A stretch of 30,716 bases of DNA, from positions 1 to 30,716 of IMG/VR virus record IMGVR_UViG_3300020188_000036; one strand, given 5' to 3'. Made by a program: the position numbers and the translations under genes. A model generated the notes under the pieces. The model saw only the letters and a list, made by a program, of their open reading frames with translations. It searched no databases and was not told the origin of the DNA. The DNA is from a virus. Its lineage: Duplodnaviria > Caudoviricetes. Positions 18,031-26,064 of this stretch are shown here, one piece after another (position 1 is the stretch's first letter; each line of letters begins with the position of its first letter).

Positions 18031-18047
18031 CATTAGTTTTGCTAATG
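18031..18047. promoter_or_regulatory. 17-bp palindromic operator-like site over the primase promoter
   Basis: CATTAG-TTTTG-CTAATG; overlaps - strand TCGACA-N17-TAATGT. Confidence 0.75.
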
Positions 18048-18224
18048 CGTATTGTCGATATTGAAGATCTCTTCGCGGTCTATATTTATCTCTTTGTCTG
18101 CAGTAAAAGTTAAACGAACTTGATTACGATCTATTTTTGTTATTTTTAAAGACGCAATGACCTTATTATCTCTATGCAAGACGACTGTTTCGTTCAGTTT
18201 TCTTGTAAGTACTAGTCGCGTCAT
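18042..18224 (-). CDS. csrA: CsrA/RsmA family RNA-binding translational regulator
   Basis: LVLTRKLNET...NQVRL...A.KEINI.REEIF matches E. coli CsrA LILTRRVGET...NQVRIG.NAPKEVSVHREEIY. Confidence 0.88.
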   Translation of the reverse strand: MTRLVLTRKLNETVVLHRDNKVIASLKITKIDRNQVRLTFTADKEINIDREEIFNIDNTH

Positions 18225-20047
18225 TACTTGCTGTATCGAATGTCAAATCCGCCTTCTGCATCCAAAGGAATGTCTGAGCACCAGTCAGGCGCTTGACACA
18301 TGTCGTCGATGATCTTCTGCATTGTAGCATGAGGATTGGTATCTGGGGCAACAATAATAATCTCGTCGTGCACCGTTAACGCAACCTTCCCACCTTCTAC
18401 AGACTTAGATAGCCGTAACATACTGTCTGTAATGACAATTCTTGAGAGTGCCTGTACAACGTTCTCGGTTATTTTTCCTCCGTATGTGTATTCATCTTTG
18501 TTACGTGACTTAAAAGTGAGTCCTTTAACAGTTCTTCTTAGACCGTGGTATCGTAATGCCATACCATTTGGCAGTATCAGTGATTCGTGGTCAACGGTCA
18601 GTGGTCCGTACCTATGTCCGTAGTTGTCTTTGTGTAGAGACATTATTAGTAAGTCTTCGAGCTTAGTCCATAACGATTTTATTTTGGAGTAAGTGTTGCG
18701 GTACTTACGTACGATGCTTTGTGATTCGTCTATGTCGAACTCCATAGCTGGGCCCATAGCCCCAGACTTAAGTGTAGCTCGGAACTTTTCGTGGCCCATG
18801 CCATAGCCAAGACCTAAGATAGCAGTCTTACCTACAAAGCGTTCTGTTGGGTCGTCTTTTTTGTTTATCGGCCTGTCATAGATAACTGATGCAAAGTTGC
18901 TATAAATGTCGTCGCCGTTGCGAAACTGTTGTACAAGTTCGTCTTCACCCGCAAGCCATGCAAGCATGCGCGCTTCGATGTTTGACAAGTCAGCGACATA
19001 AAGTAGATGCCCTTCCGGTGCCATAAGACATTGGCGCAGCTCACCGCCTCGCGGCAAGTTCTGCATGTTAAGCTTATCTGTACCGCCAAAGCGGCCAGTA
19101 TGTGCAGCGTAATAACGCAGCGGAGCTGGTATAAAGTCGTTATCATCTGCTGCATCGAGGAACCGTTTAGACCTCGTCTCTGTTAGCCTAGACTTAACCG
19201 CGATTCTAGCGTCCCATAGGTGTTGGTGTTCTGGATACATAGCAGCTAACTGTTTGAAGCCAGCGTCATTCTTACCAAGAGCAGGTATGCTGTTGTTTGG
19301 ATTAGATGGACTTGGTTTGGTTGGAACTACTATGCCTAGGCTCTCTACAATTTCGACAAACTGCGGATTACTTGCCAGCTGTTTACGGTCGTAACCAGAT
19401 GCAGCTATTAGTTGCTCTGCGTTATTGAACTCTTGTTCGTGGTACGAGGTCAATCGTTCACGGTCAATCTTAAGTGACGGTTCACAGAACATGCGTACTG
19501 TGAGATCGATTAGGTCCATTTCAGACTGTGGGTATGCTGTTTCTAAGAACGCATTGTAGATGGCATAGGTTAGATCTACGTCTTGAATACAGTAGCCAGC
19601 GATCTGCTCTTCTATATCGGGAGGCAAATCATATATACCTTTGGCGTTAATCAGTTCGTCGCCTTTACGCATTGACGGGTCGTTGGGAAATAACCGTTCT
19701 GCTACGTCCTTTAACCGTGCTGACTGTCCGGGGTTAGCGCCCCGTGCCATTGACGCTGTGTCGCAGTAGTAGGCTGGTTTGAGCCCGTAGTATTGCGTGA
19801 GTATATAACCGTCGAAAGGAGTGTTGTGGCACACTAGACGTGCGTTTGGCCAGTCAATCTGATGCAACGCGTCTTCTGTTTCGTCTTCGCCGAACCATTC
19901 GGTGTCGTTGTCGTTTACTTTTATGCCGACGCCCCACACTTTGAACTTGTCGTGCTTGACATAGTCCATTGTGGTCATCTTTGTAAGGCTTAGTTTTGTG
20001 TCGTAGTAGGTCTCAAAGTCAAGTGTCACTACATCCAGTTTCGGCAC
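18224..20047 (-). CDS. polA: Family A DNA polymerase with 3'-5' exonuclease domain
   Basis: LDFETY, HNTPFD, YCIQD, HTGRFGG..NMQNLPR, DLSNIEAR, RFVGKTAILGLGYG, TVHDE. Confidence 0.97.
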   Translation of the reverse strand: MPKLDVVTLDFETYYDTKLSLTKMTTMDYVKHDKFKVWGVGIKVNDNDTEWFGEDETEDALHQIDWPNARLVCHNTPFDGYILTQYYGLKPAYYCDTASMARGANPGQSARLKDVAERLFPNDPSMRKGDELINAKGIYDLPPDIEEQIAGYCIQDVDLTYAIYNAFLETAYPQSEMDLIDLTVRMFCEPSLKIDRERLTSYHEQEFNNAEQLIAASGYDRKQLASNPQFVEIVESLGIVVPTKPSPSNPNNSIPALGKNDAGFKQLAAMYPEHQHLWDARIAVKSRLTETRSKRFLDAADDNDFIPAPLRYYAAHTGRFGGTDKLNMQNLPRGGELRQCLMAPEGHLLYVADLSNIEARMLAWLAGEDELVQQFRNGDDIYSNFASVIYDRPINKKDDPTERFVGKTAILGLGYGMGHEKFRATLKSGAMGPAMEFDIDESQSIVRKYRNTYSKIKSLWTKLEDLLIMSLHKDNYGHRYGPLTVDHESLILPNGMALRYHGLRRTVKGLTFKSRNKDEYTYGGKITENVVQALSRIVITDSMLRLSKSVEGGKVALTVHDEIIIVAPDTNPHATMQKIIDDMCQAPDWCSDIPLDAEGGFDIRYSK

Positions 20048-20255
20048 GTTCTCTCTCCATGTGTTCTTTTATGCGAGTTTCATTCCTAGTCATGAATTCT
20101 CTGAAATGGTTTTCAAAAGCCGATTCATGTATCTCGCACTGTTTAATTGTATTACCTGCTTTTAAAAAAGCGTTGATCTGCTCTTCTAATTCCTTTCGCA
20201 GTAATTGTTTAGAAGTCAATGTCGTTGATGTGAGATTGGCATTCTCTGTGGGCAT
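20019..20255 (-). CDS. SutA RNAP-binding-domain-like protein
   Basis: SKQLLRKELEEQINAFLKAGNTIKQC resembles SutA AKQKERDALA.AMEEFL.RGGKVQEI. Confidence 0.6.
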   Translation of the reverse strand: MPTENANLTSTTLTSKQLLRKELEEQINAFLKAGNTIKQCEIHESAFENHFREFMTRNETRIKEHMERERAETGCSDT

Positions 20256-20421
20256 AGATCTGCGATTCCTTATCTTGAAAACTTGATTCTAGCTCTTTGT
20301 ATGTTTCTGGTAATCTTGACTTAAGCCAGACTGTCACGAAGTGTGTCAGTTCAATCTGTGATGAGAAAGAGTTTTGTTTGTCGAACTCTTCTGATAACTT
20401 TAGGTACTCCTTTACGTCCAT
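20209..20421 (-). CDS. Hypothetical protein
   Basis: GGAGGA RBS; 70 aa. Confidence 0.75.
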   Translation of the reverse strand: MDVKEYLKLSEEFDKQNSFSSQIELTHFVTVWLKSRLPETYKELESSFQDKESQIYAHRECQSHINDIDF

Positions 20422-20429
20422 ATATCCTC

Positions 20430-20615
20430 CTAGATATAGATACAGCTTTTAAATACTTCCAGTAATTGAAAGGATTTGTACATCGGTTCCATCCGTTCTT
20501 CTTCGGTTAGAAGATAGTACACGTCGCCATCTGAAAGCAAGTAATGTGTTTCATAGTAGCTCTTTGATAAGAAGTCGCCTTCTTCTAACGCAGCTTCGAG
20601 GTCAGTAAATATCAT
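20430..20615 (-). CDS. Hypothetical acidic protein
   Basis: GGGAG RBS; 61 aa. Confidence 0.7.
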   Translation of the reverse strand: MIFTDLEAALEEGDFLSKSYYETHYLLSDGDVYYLLTEEERMEPMYKSFQLLEVFKSCIYI

Positions 20616-20958
20616 TTAAGCTCCCTTTTGTTTCTGAGTCGAGCCTGTCGTCTATTAAGGTGCCATGCTTTTCAGCGTCCATTACCAGTAGGCAACATGC
20701 TATGACATGTGCCAATGGATGTTGTCCGCTGTCTTTGTCAGTGTCAATGCCCTCTGCCCATTCAAGCAGCGCGTGTCTGGTTATTGCTCCTACGTATGTA
20801 CTGGCTAGGATTTTATCTTTGCGCCAGTTCTTACGTCCGTACTTGTCTGCGCCTGTTTTCATTACGCGTGCTACATCTGCTAACGGTCCGTATGGCACGT
20901 ACTCCATCGGCGGTTTGTTTTCTTTTAGCTGCTGAATGTGTTTTGGGTTGTGCTTCAT
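20602..20958 (-). CDS. DUF5664 / dATP-dGTP diphosphohydrolase N-terminal-domain protein
   Basis: KPPM..VP, VARVM..GA.KYGRKNWR, Y..A..RH...W..G.D.D.DSG.HPLAH..AC; ATGA start at 20958. Confidence 0.85.
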   Translation of the reverse strand: MKHNPKHIQQLKENKPPMEYVPYGPLADVARVMKTGADKYGRKNWRKDKILASTYVGAITRHALLEWAEGIDTDKDSGQHPLAHVIACCLLVMDAEKHGTLIDDRLDSETKGSLNDIY

Positions 20959-21239
20959 TTTCGTAACCTTTTGTGAATCTCCATAGAGCATAAAGACCCA
21001 AGGCTTCCACCAAGCCAGAGCGGTATCGCTAACAAAGCAAACGAGACTATGTCACCGGAGTTTATCGTTTCTATTGCTTTGAAAGTAATGGTGCCGTAGA
21101 CGCCGCATTCAAATATGGCCATTACACCGCTTGTCCAGAACAGCCAAACGCGTTTGTGGTGCATAACGTTTAGCTGCTGGAAGGCTTTGGTAGCGACGTA
21201 ACAGCTTTGTGCAACGAACAAGATTAAATAGCTGGCCAT
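20955..21239 (-). CDS. 3-TM membrane protein
   Basis: YV..KAFQQLNV and GG.LG motifs; three hydrophobic segments. Confidence 0.75.
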   Translation of the reverse strand: MASYLILFVAQSCYVATKAFQQLNVMHHKRVWLFWTSGVMAIFECGVYGTITFKAIETINSGDIVSFALLAIPLWLGGSLGSLCSMEIHKRLRK

Positions 21240-21253
21240 ACAGATTCCTTCGG

Positions 21254-21270
21254 TATTACCACTACTAATA
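21254..21270. promoter_or_regulatory. 17-bp palindromic operator-like site
   Basis: TATTAC-CACTA-CTAATA in a 34-bp intergenic gap. Confidence 0.7.
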
Positions 21271-21273
21271 GTA

Positions 21274-21498
21274 TCATCGCCAACTGCGTGAGACTAGCTG
21301 TTTAGCTGGCGATAAGAACGTGTAGCGGCTGTCTATTTTTACAAGTATTCCTTCCTTTGTAAGCTTATTTAGTGTCGGTTTAATGACAGTCAGTGGTACT
21401 TGTTTTTTTCTATGGGACAAGCACTTCTGTATCTCTTCTTCAGACCATGCTTCTCCTTTGCGTTGTAGCATTTTTACGATTGAAGTTTCTATCGACAT
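21274..21498 (-). CDS. Winged-helix DNA-binding protein
   Basis: AAGGAG then ATG 21498; IVKMLQ...SEEEI...IKPTLNKLTKEGILVKIDSRY. Confidence 0.65.
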   Translation of the reverse strand: MSIETSIVKMLQRKGEAWSEEEIQKCLSHRKKQVPLTVIKPTLNKLTKEGILVKIDSRYTFLSPAKQLVSRSWR

Positions 21499-21506
21499 GT
21501 TACTCC

Positions 21507-22595
21507 TTACATGTATACGACATCGCCAAATGGGGCGGTTAGTTTTCTGTTGGTTGAGACCCATAGTACCGGGTAATACGGTGCGTCACCGAAGTCATCT
21601 GACTCAAGGTCAGTAAGATACACTACAGCGTCGGCGTCAGGTGCATGCTCGTTGATCCAGTCAAAGGCTGGGCTGAAACGTGTACCGCCGCCACCGCACA
21701 TCTCGTCAATCGGGAACTGATCGTAGCGTTCTACTTCTTTGACGTATTGAACCGTTGCGTCTACGTGCAGTATTGTAACTTTTTCTGGCGTCAAGTCAGA
21801 GTGAATAGCAGCCATCTCCGACATGAACTGCTGGTACTCGTTCATACAAGAGCCGCTTGAGTCAGCAATTACAACAAGGTGTCCAGCAGCTTCGTTGTGC
21901 ATACTTGGTAGGTATTCGTCTTCGCTGATGTATGCACGGTTTGGTTTGCGCCATGTGTAGTCATCATTGATAAGCGATTGGCAGAAGGGCCACAGCACAC
22001 TACGCCAGTCAACTAGCGGGTCAACAATATCTGCTATGAATTCAGCAAGATGAGCTGGCAGCTTACCGCGTTGCCGGGCAACTTCTGCTGCTTGCGTTAC
22101 TGCTACTTGCCATTCGCTTTCTAACGCTGCCGACGATCCGCTGTTGATTGTGCCTGCTCCACTGTCAAGGACCATGCCCCATGCACAGGGCTTGGGTGCG
22201 TCGTCTTTGATGCGGTTGTAGATTTCTTCAGCAGTCATGTCTTCGTAGTCTTTTGAAAGAAGCGCGCCGTCAGGCAGCACGAACCCGCTGCTTACAAGGT
22301 GGCTGTTTATCGCAAAGTCACATGCTGAGTTCCATATTTTTGAGTCGCGTTCTTGGCGTCGAGTCATGTGATTGAACACGCAGTGCATGACTTCGTGCGC
22401 AATAAGGCCGCGAAGTTTAATTGGATCTAGCTTTGACACAAAGTCAGGAGCATATAATAGACGCGCGCCGTCAGTTGCCGCTGTCTTTACTTCCGGGTCA
22501 GCAACAAGCTTAAGCTTGATGGCCAGCGTTCCGAAGAACGGCTGGTCCATAAGTAGCTGAGCACGTGCTTTTAGCATGGCTGATTCAGCTGACAT
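21507..22595 (-). CDS. Metallopeptidase + vWA domain protein (DUF2201-like)
   Basis: TAATDG, AHEVMH (HExxH), WN.ACD.AIN; MIDAS DSSGS, GGGT, YLTD. Confidence 0.93.
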   Translation of the reverse strand: MSAESAMLKARAQLLMDQPFFGTLAIKLKLVADPEVKTAATDGARLLYAPDFVSKLDPIKLRGLIAHEVMHCVFNHMTRRQERDSKIWNSACDFAINSHLVSSGFVLPDGALLSKDYEDMTAEEIYNRIKDDAPKPCAWGMVLDSGAGTINSGSSAALESEWQVAVTQAAEVARQRGKLPAHLAEFIADIVDPLVDWRSVLWPFCQSLINDDYTWRKPNRAYISEDEYLPSMHNEAAGHLVVIADSSGSCMNEYQQFMSEMAAIHSDLTPEKVTILHVDATVQYVKEVERYDQFPIDEMCGGGGTRFSPAFDWINEHAPDADAVVYLTDLESDDFGDAPYYPVLWVSTNRKLTAPFGDVVYM

Positions 22596-22734
22596 CGTGT
22601 TCCTCCTGTTGTTTGAGCAGTTTTATTAAATGATCTGCAGCAACAACTGCAGCTTCATTTGTGTTTCCTACGTCTGTGTTTGGTCTTGAAGCTAGGATTA
22701 GTGCGTATAAGATAATTAGCTCGTGCCTAGTCAT
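22585..22734 (-). CDS. 49-aa hypothetical protein
   Basis: MTRHELIILYALILASRPNTDVGNTNEAAVVAADHLIKLLKQQEEHDVS exactly fills the gap. Confidence 0.6.
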   Translation of the reverse strand: MTRHELIILYALILASRPNTDVGNTNEAAVVAADHLIKLLKQQEEHDVS

Positions 22735-22735
22735 A

Positions 22736-23425
22736 TTAGGCACCGAGTAATTTAGCAGTCAGTACTACGTGGTTGACATCGTCTGGGTTGAAGTCAATCT
22801 CTTCTTTGACTGCTTGAGCACGTTGCTTGCGTGTAACCTTCTCATGCAACTTGGATACATATTCTGATGGCACAAGATTTTCTGCAGCAGGCCACACTTC
22901 TAGCAGCTGCTTGAGCGTGTTGCATCGGTTGAGTAAGTCGCGCACTTTGTAGCGGTACTGGTGTTCTGCTTCTTTATTCTCGTTACGTCGGTTAAACAGA
23001 TCTGTTGCGTACTCTTGTAACTGTGTTCTGTCTTCTTGTGCATAGTCTTCTATATACGACAGGAATGACATGTAATAAGAGTTAGTGTCGTTGCGTAGCA
23101 CATTGATCGGTGCGCTCGGTTCGAATCTTATTGATTTGTCACGGGAGAACGCATCATCTGACCACTCTATAGATATTGTGTCTATTGTTTTGTTTATGAT
23201 TTTAGCTGATACGCAGCCGAATGATTTAGCGCCATCTAGCTCATCTTCGTATATCTTTTTCATTTTACGTAAGCCGATTTGAGACGGCATACGTGGGATA
23301 GCTTGTGTTAGTAACGTGGTAAACTCAGCTGATGGCATTGGTTCAGGGTTAGCTACTCCAAATGCATACATTGCTTTTTGGTGAATCTTCTCACGTAGTT
23401 GCCCGGTTAATCGTACTGAAGCCAT
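22736..23425 (-). CDS. Nmad5-like (nucleotide-modification-associated domain 5) protein
   Basis: N-terminal VRLT..LRE.I...A and C-terminal LLNRCNTLKQLLEVWP.AE.L.P. Confidence 0.7.
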   Translation of the reverse strand: MASVRLTGQLREKIHQKAMYAFGVANPEPMPSAEFTTLLTQAIPRMPSQIGLRKMKKIYEDELDGAKSFGCVSAKIINKTIDTISIEWSDDAFSRDKSIRFEPSAPINVLRNDTNSYYMSFLSYIEDYAQEDRTQLQEYATDLFNRRNENKEAEHQYRYKVRDLLNRCNTLKQLLEVWPAAENLVPSEYVSKLHEKVTRKQRAQAVKEEIDFNPDDVNHVVLTAKLLGA

Positions 23426-23440
23426 GATGTATCCTCCTGA

Positions 23441-24439
23441 TTAAAGCAGCACTGCTGCGTTGTCTTGTGTCCATTTCTGGAACACGGGGTTGTTTACAAG
23501 CGTGCTATCCTTAGCAAGCGAGTCGCGCACAACGACGACTTGATACTCTGCTGGCATGCGTCGTGCGTATTTCATGATGTTCTCGAAGTTGTTGGTGTCC
23601 ACTTTAGCTGCGAGTGCACCTGAAATGGCATACAACAACGATGTTTCGGTTGGTACTTTGGTTGTAGTTGGGTTAGCGATTAAGTCATCTATGTTAGGTA
23701 GATCCTGATAGATGGACTTGAACGCTAGATATTCACCGGCAGGTCCGTCGCCAATGAGCGATGCACAGCCGTAGAATGGATCAGACATAAACGGCAGCTT
23801 GCGGTTGAGCATCTCCCACGCGCGAGGTGTTGGGAATGCATTCTGTGTAGCATCGACTGAGTGCAGCAGGCTTGGTCGGTAACGGATAAAGCCAGTGATT
23901 GATGGATCGATGTTATTTTTCAGTGCCCATCCACACCAGTCGTCAACGTTTGCTTCTAGCTGATAGTGAGCGAAACGGTTCTTAACAGGTGTTGGCATCT
24001 CATGTACAGCGGCACGATCTTGCGCACGGTTACCTGCTGCAATGATGATCGTGTTAGCTGGCAGTTTGTACGTGCCGATCTTGAAATCAAGCAACAACTG
24101 CAGCAGCGCATTTTGTGTTGCTTTAGGTGCGTTGGGCAGTTCGTCAATGAACAACACAACTACGCCCTGATAGTCTTCATCTGGGTAGTCTTCTGGCACG
24201 CCGTAGAATGTGCGGTATGTACCGTCTTTCATCTCTACAACTTTGAGCCCGCCGCGTACATCTACCGGGTCAAATAAGTTGGCGCGCAGCTCAAACATCT
24301 TTGCGTTAAGCGAGCTGGTAAATTGATACCCGATCTGCGATTTACCAAGGCCGGGGCCACCCCAGATCATAGATGGGATTTTGGCCATTGCGTTGGCACG
24401 CAGCTCTGCTACTAGTTCGGTTGGTCTGATACTTCTCAT
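23441..24439 (-). CDS. MoxR-like AAA+ ATPase
   Basis: GGPGLGKS, LFIDE, QNALLQL, AAGNR, NRF.H, FPTPRAWE. Confidence 0.93.
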   Translation of the reverse strand: MRSIRPTELVAELRANAMAKIPSMIWGGPGLGKSQIGYQFTSSLNAKMFELRANLFDPVDVRGGLKVVEMKDGTYRTFYGVPEDYPDEDYQGVVVLFIDELPNAPKATQNALLQLLLDFKIGTYKLPANTIIIAAGNRAQDRAAVHEMPTPVKNRFAHYQLEANVDDWCGWALKNNIDPSITGFIRYRPSLLHSVDATQNAFPTPRAWEMLNRKLPFMSDPFYGCASLIGDGPAGEYLAFKSIYQDLPNIDDLIANPTTTKVPTETSLLYAISGALAAKVDTNNFENIMKYARRMPAEYQVVVVRDSLAKDSTLVNNPVFQKWTQDNAAVLL

Positions 24440-24615
24440 TTGTCACTCCTTGACGGTTCGTTGATTGGGTCCCATGTAATATTAAGTTCTTCATCGCGTG
24501 CTTGCTCGTAAGCAGCATCTGATGTGTCGTGTTTGGCTACAGGTCGGTATACTCCTTTGCGTTCTATGTAGTCCGAATAGTCACTGTATGGATCGTCGTC
24601 TATTCTGCTGATCAT
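24436..24615 (-). CDS. 59-aa acidic hypothetical protein
   Basis: MISRIDDDPYSDYSDYIERKG...PSRSDK; ATGA overlap with the ATPase start. Confidence 0.6.
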   Translation of the reverse strand: MISRIDDDPYSDYSDYIERKGVYRPVAKHDTSDAAYEQARDEELNITWDPINEPSRSDK

Positions 24616-24793
24616 AGTTATCGTCCTCGAATGGTTCTGGGTAGTTACGGTTTACTTCGTATTGGTCTTCTCCTACTTTTCGAATGAATCCTTTATCAAG
24701 CGCTATTTGCAGCAACTGTGTCGAGTTGTATTCAAAGTTGAATAGCGAAGCTTGGCTAAGCCACAGTTGTTCTTGGCTAATGATATCTGTCAT
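24581..24793 (-). CDS. Hypothetical protein
   Basis: 70-aa ORF on the operon strand. Confidence 0.6.
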   Translation of the reverse strand: MTDIISQEQLWLSQASLFNFEYNSTQLLQIALDKGFIRKVGEDQYEVNRNYPEPFEDDNYDQQNRRRSIQ

Positions 24794-24809
24794 TGGTCAG
24801 TGCTCAGTG

Positions 24810-25100
24810 TTAGGGGTTAATGGTCATCCAACCGACTTTGCGGTACGGGAATTTGTCAGTTTTGATGATGCCAAGCTTTTGACGTGGCATTGTTTTCTTT
24901 AGCAGAACAAGCACGATAGACACAAAGAGTCCGCCGATAATGGCTGCCATCATGCCTGCAAACGTGCCTGCGAATATCCACATAAGAAAGAAGGTTATTG
25001 CTACATCTACTACGATGTCGTATTGAAGTACGCGTTTTAAATTAAGTTTGTAAAGCAAGATAAGAAACGCGCATGCGGTTAGCAATCCTGCGATTATCAT
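24810..25100 (-). CDS. Membrane protein
   Basis: AGGAGG RBS; three hydrophobic segments, FAGTFAGMMAAIIGGL. Confidence 0.8.
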   Translation of the reverse strand: MIIAGLLTACAFLILLYKLNLKRVLQYDIVVDVAITFFLMWIFAGTFAGMMAAIIGGLFVSIVLVLLKKTMPRQKLGIIKTDKFPYRKVGWMTINP

Positions 25101-25112
25101 AAGTCCTCCTGA

Positions 25113-25364
25113 TTAAACAGATCCGTATTTGTGGTACAAGTGGTGTGTTATTGCGTGTAACACTTTGTATATCTCATCTGGCTGAGTCTCTTCTAACCAA
25201 GCTTTTATTAGGTTTTTGATTGAGTCTGAGTCTGAGTCTTCTATGCAAATGAAGCCTTGCATCTCTGCTAGCTCACATACTTCGTCGCGCATCATTAAGT
25301 CGCTAAGCTCATTTAGCGTTAGTATCTGTTCGTCTACTGGTATATGTATCGTTGTCATTGACAT
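25113..25364 (-). CDS. Hypothetical protein
   Basis: AGGAG RBS; 83 aa. Confidence 0.7.
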   Translation of the reverse strand: MSMTTIHIPVDEQILTLNELSDLMMRDEVCELAEMQGFICIEDSDSDSIKNLIKAWLEETQPDEIYKVLHAITHHLYHKYGSV

Positions 25365-25522
25365 AGGTCTTCTCCTTGGGTTCGTATTGTTTGTAGCACG
25401 CGTCTGTAGTCTTCACTGTTGACGCTTATCCATGTTCTGTCTTCAAACTCTTGTATAAAATCTGCATCTTCTATTAGATCGAATGCATCTGCTATTGCAT
25501 CCCAGTCTGTGTTGGTTGACAT
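25355..25522 (-). CDS. 55-aa acidic protein
   Basis: AGGAG RBS; MSTNTDWDAIADAFDLIEDADFIQEFEDRTW... Confidence 0.7.
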   Translation of the reverse strand: MSTNTDWDAIADAFDLIEDADFIQEFEDRTWISVNSEDYRRVLQTIRTQGEDLCQ

Positions 25523-25525
25523 TGG

Positions 25526-25705
25526 TTAGTTCTCCTTTGGCTGGTACTCCTTGCATTTTTTTACGTAAGTATTTCGATGTATCGAAAAGCGCATCTTGTG
25601 GTTAAGACTGCACGTTGGTTTGTATTTACCCGGTAAGAAGTTGTTGCATGCAGCACAATCTTCTGCTGGTTTGTTTCTATTCTTCTTCGATTGGTTCGTC
25701 TGCAT
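25526..25705 (-). CDS. 59-aa basic Cys-rich protein (start uncertain)
   Basis: ...EDCAACNNFLPGKYKPTCSLNHK...KKCKEYQPKEN fills the gap; CxxC..C..H..C pattern. Confidence 0.55.
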   Translation of the reverse strand: MQTNQSKKNRNKPAEDCAACNNFLPGKYKPTCSLNHKMRFSIHRNTYVKKCKEYQPKEN

Positions 25706-25865
25706 AGTAATTTGAGTTTGTTAGTACTTCGGGGCGATATTGTTCGAGCTTAACGCCCATGCATTTTTCACAGACACGGCACAATGGGATGCCACGGGCG
25801 TCGTGTTCCCACCAACTGTCTTCATCAACATGTGTGCAATAGAGTTTTTTGTAGTATTCGTTCAT
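25677..25865 (-). CDS. Small zinc-finger-like protein
   Basis: GGAG RBS; SWWEHDARGIPLCRVCEKC...YRPEVL. Confidence 0.75.
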   Translation of the reverse strand: MNEYYKKLYCTHVDEDSWWEHDARGIPLCRVCEKCMGVKLEQYRPEVLTNSNYYADEPIEEE

Positions 25866-25884
25866 GGTTATTACTCCGGTGTTG

Positions 25885-26064
25885 TTATTCTGCTAGCTTT
25901 TGCAGTGCAATCTCACGCTCTTTTTTCTCAGCAAGGCATTCTTGCACAAGTAGTCTAGCGAAACTTTCGATAGCCTCTTAGCATTAGTCGTCAAGTTCAT
26001 CCCAGCATCCTTGTGCAGTAAGGCCAGATTGATAAAAGCAGTATTCTATTATGTCGTCTATCAT
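25885..26064 (-). pseudogene. 60-codon gene interrupted by two in-frame TAA
   Basis: MIDDIIEYCFYQSGLTAQGCWDELDD*C*EAIESFARLLVQECLAEKKEREIALQKLAE*; strong RBS. Confidence 0.7.

Noticed and set aside
20602-20958. Z-genome (2-aminoadenine) phage
   Set aside because: No PurZ-like or DatZ-like ORF is visible in the window
469-24277. Many antisense or alternate-frame ORFs in the track (e.g. 2781-3188, 5418-5771, 7704-8231, 12896-13372, 15752-16174)
   Set aside because: They are shadows of well-supported genes, with no recognisable motifs
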